Part shown: positions 1 to 9,451 of the stretch, piece by piece
How the letters are laid out: each line of letters begins with the position of its first letter
Numbering within the stretch: position 1 is the stretch's first letter
Origin: Macrostomum lignano
Lineage: Eukaryota
Direction: 5' to 3'
Assembly: GCA_002269645.1 (NCBI GenBank)
Contig: NIVC01000518.1
Coordinates: 1-64,000, forward strand
Length of the DNA stretch: 64,000 nucleotides
The notes under the pieces: model-generated
Told to the model about the DNA's origin: nothing
Seen by the model: the letters and a program-made list of their open reading frames with translations, nothing else
Database searches by the model: none
Translations under genes and position numbers: made by a program

Positions 1-1500
1 GAGAGGAGAGACAGGTGAGTGACTGGGGGTGAGACTACTTTGACATGTGAGAGTCAGGTAGCTGATAGAGTGAGAGTCAGGTAGCTGATAGAGTGAGAGT
101 CAGGTAGCTGATAGAGTGAGAGTCAGGTAGCTGATAGAGTGAGAGTCAGGTAGCTGATAGAGTGAGAGTCAGGTAGCTGATAAAGTGAGAGTCAGGTAGC
201 TGATAGAGTGAGAGTCAGGTAGCTGATAAAGTGAGAGTCAGGTTGCTCATCGAGTGAGAGTCAGGTTGCTCATCGAGTGAGAGTCAGGTTGCTGATAGAG
301 TGAGAGTCAGGTTGCTGATAGAGTGAGAGTCAGGTTGCTGATAGAGTGAGAGTCAGTTGCTGATACAGTGAGAGTCAGGTTGCTGATAGAGTGAGAGTCA
401 GGTAGCTAGTGAATGATATGTGAGCTGAGAGTCAGGTAGCTGATAGAGTGAAAGTCAGGTAGCTAGTGAATGAGATGTGAGGAGAGAGTTAGGTAGCGGA
501 TAGAGTGAGAGTCAGGTAGCTGATAGAGTGAGAGTCAGGTAGCTAGTGAATGAGATATGAAGAGGTGAGAGTCAGGTAGCGGATAGAGTGAGAGTCAGGT
601 AGCTGATAGAGTGAGAGTCAGGTAGTAGAGTGAAAGTCAGGTAGCTGATAGAGTGAGAGTCAAGTAGCTAGTGAATGAGATGTGAGGTGAGAGTCAGGTA
701 GCTAGTGAATGAGATGTGAGGTGAGAGTCAGGTAGCTAGTGAATGAGATGTGAGTGAGAGTCAGGTAGCTGATAGAGTGAGAGTCAGGTAGCTGATAGAG
801 TGAGAGTCAGGTAGTAGAGTGAAAGTCAGGTAGCTGATAGAGTGAGAGTCAAGTAGCTAGTGAATGAGATGTGAGGTGAGAGTCAGGTAGCTAGTGAATG
901 AGATGTGAGGTGAGAGTCAGGTAGCTAGTGAATGAATGTGAGGTGAGAGTCAGGTAGCTAGTGAATGAGATGTGAGGTGAGAGTCAGGTAGCTAGTGAAT
1001 GAGATGTGAGGTGAGAGTCAGGTAGCTAGTGAATGAGATGTGAGGTGAGAGTCAGGTAGCTAGTGAATGAGTGAAGTGAGAGTCAGGTAGCTAGTGAATG
1101 AGTGAGGTGAGAGTCAGGTAGCTAGTGGGTGAGATGTGAGAGTCAGGTTGATCCACCCCATCATCATCAGGCAAGGCCAGTCTGAACGCGGAGTTAAAAG
1201 CCGCATCCTGCAGACGCTGCAGAAGTGCCACCGCTGCGACACTCAACAGTCAGATTGGTTCAAGTCCTCAGCCGACAATCGAGACAGGGTGCTCATAGGG
1301 CGGCGCGATATTGCTCAGAGGTATTTGGATTTTGCCGAAGACTGCCCGCAGAGTCTGCTGTCGGCCAGGCTGATGCTTACCGGCCTGCTGGCTCGCCGGC
1401 TGGAAGATGGGCCGCCCATGCCGCCGCCTCCGCTGAGCTGATGCAGCGTCTGCGAGAGCAACTGGAGTCGATCAATTCGCTGTTGAAGCCGGCGGTTTAA
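1..1500 (+). CDS. 3' end of an unknown gene entering from the left: exon end 1-14, repeat-filled intron 15-1170, terminal exon 1171-1441 (or to 1500 with a 1-nt frameshift)
   Basis: Canonical donor acag|GTGAGT at 15. Pyrimidine-rich acceptor ccaccccatcatcatcAG| at 1169-1170 is phase 2, compatible with the donor if base 1 starts a codon. The exon is GC-rich and open (QGQSERGVKSRILQTLQKCHRC...LSARLMLTGLLARRLEDG). Only 14 nt of the upstream exon are visible and no family was recognised. Confidence 0.5.
47..1146. repeat. Minisatellite with ~23-bp unit GTGAGAGTCAGGTAGCTGATAGA and a longer variant containing GTGAATGAGATGTGAG
   Basis: Tandem copies read directly; two unit types are interleaved; the array lies inside the predicted intron. 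Confidence 0.95.
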
Positions 1501-1517
1501 GACTAAATATTGGCGGA

Positions 1518-2860
1518 GCCATTTCCAATCTATTAGGGTGCCATTTCCAATCTATTAGGGTGCCATTTCCAATCTATTAGGGTGCCATTTCCAATCTATT
1601 AGGGTGCCATTTCAATCTATTAGGGTGCCATTTCCAATCTATTAGGGTGCCATTTCCAATCTATTAGGGTGCCATTTCCAATCTATTAGGGTGCCATTTC
1701 CCTCTATTAGGGTGCCATTTCCAATCTATTAGGGTGCATTTCCAATCTATTTGGGTGCCATTTCCAATCTATTTGGGTGCCATTTCCGATCTATTAGGGT
1801 GCCATTTCCAATCTATTAGGGTGCCATTTCCAATCTATTAGGGTGCCATTTCCAATCTATTAGGGTGCCATTTCCAATCTATTAGGGTGCCATTTCCAAT
1901 CTATTAGGGTGCCATTTCCAATCTATTAGGTGCCATTTCCAATCTATTAGGGTGCCATTTCCAATCTATTAGGGTGCCATTTCCAATCTATTAGGGTGGC
2001 CATTTCCAATCTATTAGGGTGCCATTTCCAATCTATTAGGGTGCCATTTCAATCTATTAGGGTGCCATTTCCAATCTATTAGGGTGCCATTTCCAATCTA
2101 TTAGGTGCCATTTCCAATCTATTTGGGTGCCATTTCCGATCTATTAGGGTGCCATTTCCAATCTATTAGGGTGCCATTTCCAATCTATTAGGGATGCCAT
2201 TTCCAATCTATTAGGGTGCCATTTCCAATCTATTAGGGTGCCATTTCCAATCTATTAGGGTGCCATTTCCAATCTATTAGGGTGCCATTTCCAATCTATT
2301 AGGGTGCCATTTCCAATCTATTAGGGTGCCATTTCCAATCTATTAGGGTGCCATTTCCAATCTATTAGGGTGCCATTTCCAATCTATTAGGGTGCCATTT
2401 CCAATCTATTAGGGTGCCATTTCAATCTATTAGGTGCCATTTCCAATCTATTAGGGTGCCATTTCCAATCTATTAGGGTGCCATTTCCAATCTATTAGGG
2501 TGCCATTTCCAATCTATTAGGGTGCCATTTCCAATCTATTAGGGTGCCATTTCCAATCTATTAGGGTGCCATTTCCAATCTATTAGGGTGCCATTTCCAA
2601 TCTATTAGGGTGCCATTTCCAATCTATTAGGGTGCCATTTCCAATCTATTAGGGTGCCATTTCCAATCTATTAGGGTGCCATTTCCAATCTATTAGGGTG
2701 CCATTTCCAATCTATTAGGGTGCCATTTCCAATCTATTAGGGTGCCATTTCCAATCTATTAGGGTGCCATTTCCAATCTATTAGGGTGCCATTTCCAATC
2801 TATTAGGGTGCCATTTCCAATCTATTAGGGTGCCATTTCCGATCTATTAGGGTGCCATTT
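1518..2860. repeat. 22-bp minisatellite GCCATTTCCAATCTATTAGGGT, about 60 copies
   Basis: Nearly homogeneous tandem copies, each containing one TTAGGG. Confidence 0.97.
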
Positions 2861-3479
2861 TAGAAACCTTATGTGCCATCTGAGGTGATAAAAAAATAAT
2901 AATGCCCTTTTCTAAATCCGTATTAGACGAAATCCCTTAATTGCCTTTTAAATGTGACGTGTCATCTTAAAATAAGAATGGCAATAAATATCTATTCGAA
3001 AAAACAGTGTCCCTCTTTCCAAAATGAGTGATTCTATTTAAATTAGCATTTTTCTCCGATCATGCGCTACTTTGCAATGGCTGCTTAAGTTTGTCTATGT
3101 TTCTACTTTTAGTAGTTTACTATGAGCGCGTAGCTTACACTGTACCTTTGACTTTATTGCCTATTTTAAGACACTGAAACTGCCTTTAAAGTTAAATAGT
3201 TATAAACAAGATTTGGAGTGAAAATATTTTTTACAGAATTACTCAGAATTGTATGTTTCTTTTGTTTTTAATTTTTGCTAAAAATGTTATGATTTAAACC
3301 GGGAATCAGTACTTGTTTAGTCGATTAAATAGTATTTCACCTGTCCCATTGTGTCTGCTATATTTTATTAATAAAATATATATTACTAAGCCCTGAAATA
3401 ATTCACCATTCCTTTAATCTGGTTCACAATTACTTAACACTGCTCATTGATTCGTTAAATCGGTAACTTTCACTGACAT

Positions 3480-3870
3480 AGTTCACCATTAGTTCACTGA
3501 TTCACTTCCCTTCACAATTCACTCGTTTAATTTTCACCGATTCACTTCCCTTCACAATTCACTCGATTACAATTTTCACCGATTCACTCACTTTATTTTA
3601 CCGATTCACACACTTAGTTCACCGATTCACACGCTTAGTTCACCGATTCACACACTTAGTTCACCGATTCACACGCTTAGTTCACCAATTCACACGCTTC
3701 GTTCACCGATTCACACGCTTAGTTCACCGATTCACACGCTTCGTTCACCGATTCACTCACTTAGTTCACCGATTCACATACTTTGTTTAACGATTCACAC
3801 ACCTCGTTAGCTATTCACTCAGTTCACCAATTCACTCATATAGTTCACCAATTCACCCACATGATTCACC
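3480..3870. repeat. Degenerate ~21-bp minisatellite TTCACCGATTCACACGCTTAG
   Basis: Tandem copies ending about 40 bp upstream of the RPS17 ATG. Confidence 0.9.
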
Positions 3871-3909
3871 ATTCATGCCGCTAAGTCCCCATCGTGAACA
3901 ACCGTAGCC

Positions 3910-4976
3910 ATGGGTCGAGTCCGCACCAAAACTGTGAAGAAGGCCGCCCGGGTGATCATCGAGAAGTACTACACCAGGCTGGGCAACGATTTCCACATCA
4001 ACAAGCGCGTCTGCGAAGAGGTCGCCATCATCCCGTCCAAGGCGTTGCGCAACAAAATTGCCGGCTTCCTCACCCACCTGATGAAGCGAATCCAGCGCGG
4101 CCCGGTGCGCGGCATCTCCATCCGTCTGCAGGAGGAGGAGCGCGAACGGCGGGACAACTACGTGCCCGAGGTGTCCGCTCTCGACGCCGAACAGCTGGAA
4201 GTTGATCCTGTCACCAGCCAGATGCTGCGGGCGATGGAGCTGAGCGTTGAGGTGCTCACTTATTTATGGCATTCACGCTGCCTGCATCTCGCTTTCCTGT
4301 GTCTGTTGGTGGCACTCAAGTCTCCCCCTCCCACCGTGTCACTGTCCACGTCTCGGAAATCCGGGGACTACTTCACCTCTTTCTGCTGTTCTCTTTGTGT
4401 CACCTCCCACTTTCCCTCTCTCACTCTCGCTTTCCTCTCCTCACATTCCTCTCCTCTGCCTCTCCTCTCACTCTCACTCTCCTCTCTCTCACTCTCCCTC
4501 TCCCTCTCCTCACCCCCCTCACTCCCTCTCCCTCTCCTCTCACTCTCCTTTCACTCTCCCTCTCACTCCCTCACTTCCTCTCTCTTCCTCTCTTCTCCTC
4601 TCCTCCCTCTCCTCTCACTCCCCTCTTCCTCTCTCTCCCTCTTCTCTCTCACTCTCTCTAGCTCACTCCCTCTCCCCTCCTCTCACTCTCCTCTCACTCT
4701 CCCTCTCCTCTTCTCTTCTCCCTCTCCTCTTTCTCTCCTCTGACTCCCCTCTTCCTCTCCTCTCACTTTCCCTCTCACTCCCTCTCCCTCTCTTATCCTT
4801 CTCTCTCCCTCTATCTTCTCACTCTCCGTCCCCCTCTCACTCTCCCTGTTCTCTCCTTCCCCTCTCCTGTTTTTTTCCCACTCATCCCACTGATCTAGGA
4901 ACGTCACTCCTTTGCTCAATTTGGTAATTCATAGTCTAAAATACATTCAAATTTTCAGGTGACTGAAATCCAATGA
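3910..4976 (+). CDS. RPS17: 40S ribosomal protein S17 (exon 3910-4251 plus predicted terminal micro-exon 4959-4976; 119 aa)
   Basis: [44 protein letters not shown]...[30 protein letters not shown] is the eS17 signature. A phase-0 donor gag|GTGCTC at 4252 and acceptor attttcAG| at 4957-4958 give ...ELSVE-VTEIQ-stop. The second exon is inferred. Confidence 0.95.
4385..4875. repeat. CT-rich low-complexity tract inside the predicted RPS17 intron
   Basis: Almost pure C/T with CTCTCA and CTCC motifs; it explains the S/L/P-rich read-through of the ORF track. Confidence 0.9.
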
Positions 4977-5544
4977 GCATTAATTAGAAGACCGACTGTG
5001 CGACGGTTGCCATGGAAACGACTGTACGACGAGCGAGTCAGGAATGTTATATAAAGAATTTGACGCTAATAACGTTATGTAACAATCTTAATTATATAGT
5101 TTGATTGGCTTGTTAGAGGAGTGCTTCTGTATCGGCTGATGGCTGTTAATGGAGCAAAATATCCTGAAATAGTTGAGATTTTTGTTTTTTTCCTTTGTTT
5201 AATACATATGCACTAATCAGATGGCGAAGCATGCCCAAATGAAGTTGCAGCGATATTTACTCCCGCCGTTTACCCTGTCAGTCGCATGTAGCTACAAGAG
5301 TAGATCAGAGAGATCTGTCGAAACAGAAATGTAGCGTCTGTAAATATAGGTTAAACTATAGAAAATATATAATTTCTACGACTTTACTATCAGATGAGTA
5401 TAGAACATTGAAGTCAGCTGTGCCGGGTGCCTTTTGATTTGCCTAGATAACATCCCCTCTCCTCACCCACAATTAAAACTTAAAAATTAGTAGAATCAAA
5501 ATGTATGGCGATCTGTCAAGACTTCGTCATCTGGAATTACCAAG

Positions 5545-6540
5545 GCCAACTAGTATATCTATAAGTGTCCCTGGGGTAGCTACGTGTACCAAGGACGACT
5601 GGATAAAGTGTCCCTAGGGTAGCTACGTGTACTAAGGAAAACTAGATAAATACTTCCCGGGGGTAGCTATATGAACCAAGGTCAACTAGATAAAGTGTCC
5701 CTGGGGTAGCTACGTGTACCAAGGACAACTGGATAAAGTGTCCCTGGGGTAGCTACGTGTACCAAGGACAACTGGATAAAATGTCCCTAGTGTAGCTACG
5801 TGTACCAAGGACAACTGGATAAAATGTCCCTAGTGTAGCTACGTGTACCAAGGACAACTGGATAAAATGTCCCTAGTGTAGCTACGTGTACCAAGGTCAA
5901 CTAGATAAAGTGTCCCTGGGGTAGCTATATGTACCAAGGTCAACTAGATAAAGTGTCCCTGGGGTAGCTATATGAACCAAGGTCAACTAGATAAAGTGTC
6001 CCGGGGGTAGCTATATGAACCAAGGTCAACTAGATAAAGTGTCCCGGGGGTAGCTACGTGTACCAAGATCAACTAGATAAAGTGTCCCTGGGGTAGCTAC
6101 GTGTACCCAAGGTCAACTGGATAAAGTGTCCCTGGGGTAGCTACATGTACAGAACAACTAGATAAAGTGTCCCTGGGGTAGCTACATGTACCAAGGTCAA
6201 CTGGATAAAGGGTCCGTGGGGTAGCTACATGTACCAAGGTCAACTGGATAAAGTGTCCCGGGGGTAGCTATATGAACCAAGGACAACTAGATAAAGTGTC
6301 CCTAGGGTAGCTACATGTACCAAGGTCAACTATATAGTGTCCCTAGGGTAGCTTCGTGTACCAAGGTCAACTGGATAGTGTCCCTAGGGTAGCTACGTGT
6401 ACCAAGATCAACTAGATAAAGTGTCCCTGGGGTAGCTACGTGTACCCAAGGTCAACTGGATAAAGTGTCCCTGGGGTAGCTACATGTACCAAGGACAACT
6501 AGATAAATACTTCCCGGGGGTAGCTACATGTACATGTACC
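5545..6540. repeat. 43-bp minisatellite (AAAGTGTCCCTGGGGTAGCTACGTGTACCAAGGACAACTGGAT), about 23 copies
   Basis: Period 43 measured between 5701 and 5744; variant units are present. Confidence 0.95.
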
Positions 6541-6589
6541 AAGGAAATGTACACTGCGTGTCCATGTATTGCAGCCTAATTTTTACTAG

Positions 6590-7360
6590 TGTTGTGTAAT
6601 GCAAAATCTCCGGGGGGCGGCTCGTGATCCTCGAGCAGCTACGGCCTCCTAAGACTAAATACCAGGGTACAAGTACCCCTTCAGGGTGGCGAGCCAGTGA
6701 TGGCGTCCGACACTCTGACCGAGCTGCCGGTGTCGGGCGGTGCGTACCATCGCCTCTCGTTCCTAGCCAGCAGCTCGTCCCTACGGCAGTACCCGATACA
6801 GTATGTCTCGTACTGAACAATGAACAACACAACGAGACTCAAGTTCTTACTGAGGAATGAACACGGCGGCGAATTAGGACTAGCCGGTAGCGCGGATTCT
6901 CAGACGTTGCGTACCCGTAGGGGCGTCTCGGTTCTAATCGATATGGGCAGTGGAATCTCAGAGCTGAGTTGGGTTGGAAGGTAGCAGCCAAAGTTGGTCC
7001 CTCACTGCCGCTACACCGCGCTAAATATATATTTGGGTTGGCCGGCTAGGCCGCGGGGAATCGCCCCCCGCGCCCACCCGACCAGCCACACAACCAGCTT
7101 AGCACATTACAGCGAGAAAGCTGCTGATTGGCCGGCGCGTGAGAGAGGCGGCCCGTACCAATCAGCAGCTGCGCAAGAGACGGAAAACTTGGGGGGGGAC
7201 GCGCTGAGAGGGGTGGCGCAGCCAGCCAAAGCCGGCTGGCTCAGACAGACTGGGGTGGGTGGTGCATAAACAACTGAGGAGGGAAAGTGCAGTGTCCCAG
7301 TGCGCCAATTAACTGCAAGCCTGAGATCGCTAGGCAGTGAAATTACACTACGGCACAACA
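6590..7360 (-). repeat. 3' LTR of the Gypsy element
   Basis: Begins TGTTGTG and ends CACAACA (7-bp inverted termini). By eye it differs from 14271-15047 by about 13 substitutions and about 4 small indels. Confidence 0.95.
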
Positions 7361-7373
7361 CCCTCCCCCTCCC
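7361..7373 (-). promoter_or_regulatory. Polypurine tract (GGGAGGGGGAGGG on the minus strand)
   Basis: Directly abuts the 3' LTR. Confidence 0.9.
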
Positions 7374-7508
7374 AAAAGAGAAGGAAACAAAAATGAAAAA
7401 AAATTACTATAAAGTACCATAGACGAACCATACAAAAGATTAATAGTGCAAGGACAGTGCAATGGCGAGACGAGCATTTGTATTTGTCTGCTGGCATTTT
7501 GCACACAG

Positions 7509-9158
7509 TTAAATATTATAAAATTCACGCGCAGCCGCAGCCAGTCGACCAGGTAGAGCCCCGTCGCTTCGCTCCTCAGTAAGCCAGGTCGCCGCCTTCC
7601 GGACATCAGTCGGCTTGCCCGGGTTTCCCGCGAATGGTGCTGATGATGCGACTAGCAGCCGGTCGGACGGTATCGCTGCGACGCATCGGGCATGCCATCG
7701 GCTGTTGGAGACCCGGGCGGTGACTTCAAATATCAGTCTTGGCAACGACGCTAGGTACAGGCTGAGGGTGTCTTTGGGCCAGTCGGAAGATTCGACAACT
7801 AGAATGCGACAGTTTGCAAAGTCCGACGACACTAGCAACCGTAAGAACTGGTGCCAGGCCGAGCCACCGGGTTCGACTGGGCTACGTCTACGCTCTCGCA
7901 AACGAACCAGGAGGGGTAGATCTCGTTTATTTGCTAGCCCAACCTGTAGCTCCAGGGCTGCCATTTGTTGCTCCACACTGATTGCAGTATTCTGGACGTC
8001 CAACTCGGCTTCACCGACAGCCACTACCCTTGTCCATTCGCCCGCTATGAAACGCTGCAGGTCGGCAGCCAGCGTGGTCATGAGCGGTGCCGCTGACGCC
8101 CTCAATCCGAGCGCAAAGTGGATCCGAGAGTCACATGAGCCGGGCAGTTGCGGGGTTTGACGGTCTCAAATAGAACGGTGAATTCACTACCGACACACAG
8201 GCTTCTACGCGACTACGCCGTCCAGGACAACTGGGGCAACTAGGGCATCTAGGTCTTCTTGAGGGCATTCTGGGTCGAGGAAATCCGCTTCATCGACGGC
8301 CTTCTCTGCCTGGTCTTTGGACTTCGAGTCCGGGGCCACTAGTACCGTTAGCTCTCGGAGTTTTGACAGGAGTGCCCCGCCGTTCAGCAGGCTCATTTTC
8401 TTGATGCATGTCATTACAAATCCGATTGATGCAGTCAGCGCTTCGTTCGACAGCACTCGAAGGCCCCGCCTAGATGACCCTGGGCGGCGCTTTCGAGGTG
8501 ACACATCAGACGCTATGAAACTCAGCGCAACCCCTAGAGAATCGGAGACCCATCGCCGAGATTCCAGGCCTGCCAAAAGGAACAGTTCTTCCAGTCCTGA
8601 TATGCATTCCTGCGCCTGAGCGATCCGACCGATCCGCAGATGCTGGGCCAGGTGATTCCGGAGGCTTCTGTATCTGACCTCAATCGACTCAGGGACTCTT
8701 GGTGGGCCTGATCGCGCGACCATTAAGACTCCACCCGCCGGCGCAATTGGGGTCGCATCAACGGCGGGAGGTTCGTCTTCATCGTCACTGATGACCACGA
8801 TCCCCATGCTCTCGAGTCCGGCTCTTATTTCGTCCGGAAAACTGACTCCGGGTGGCGGGCTGAAGAACTGCGCGTACGATAGCGTGTTGCTCAGGGCTGC
8901 TTAACCGAATTTGTCGTATAGCGCTCTATAAAACGGGTCGCTCAGGACTGAATACGCGAATACCACCCGTTGGTAGGCCCCTGTGCTTCCGACGCCCACC
9001 TTGTCGGGGCGAAGTAGTAGTGAGCGCCGACGGAAGGCCACCTTTATGTCTCTCGGTGAAGCTGATTGAGCTACGCCGAGCAGGTCGTGCAGATCCGACA
9101 CTGCAAGGCCAGCGTTCAACTTGCAGGCACCCCAAAAAATGGAACTTGCTAAACGCAT
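7509..9158 (-). pseudogene. Accessory ORF of the Gypsy element (~549 aa reconstructed): J-domain, SIM-like, NLS-like and TatD/TATDN2-like domains; one nonsense codon and two compensating 1-nt indels
   Basis: Track ORFs 8901-9158, 8205-8807 and 7509-8105 are all in the same frame. TAA at 8901-8903 is followed by 31 open codons into MGIVVISDDEDE. J-domain: DLHDLLGVAQSASPRDIKVAFRRRSLLLRPDK...AYSVLSDPFYRALYDKFG. TatD motifs: RVVAVGEAELD, LQVGLANKRDLPLLVRLRE, AIPSDRLLVASSAP. Confidence 0.8.
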
Positions 9159-9451
9159 GAAAATACAATTACAACTGGATGAAAATACGAACCCGTACTG
9201 TACTCAGCAACTTGGAGGCGCGATGAGAAGGGTGAGAAAATGCACATCCCAGAGCGATTGATGGACAGATTGGCTCAGATTAATAGAGGATTGGGTCTCC
9301 GAATCGACGTGGCGGAATTCCTCGATTCGCACGAACAGGGCGACAATTGAAATCCTGCTCGGGAGGAGCGGCTACACGAGGCTGATGGTGTGTGATGCGC
9401 TGTGCCCAAATGGGCTCTGGGTCCAATTCAGCGTCACTGTTCTGCTCAGAT

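Noticed and set aside
4252-4743. 277-aa extended RPS17
   Set aside because: Read-through into a CT-rich intron; a short spliced terminal exon is more plausible.
6624-7269. Plus-strand ORFs inside the LTRs (also 14305-15027)
   Set aside because: They lack ATG starts, their frames differ between the two LTR copies, and they show no recognisable motifs.
7615-8619. Plus-strand ORFs (7615-8160, 8317-8619) as antisense genes of the retrotransposon
   Set aside because: Shadow ORFs of the GC-rich minus-strand accessory ORF; no motifs.
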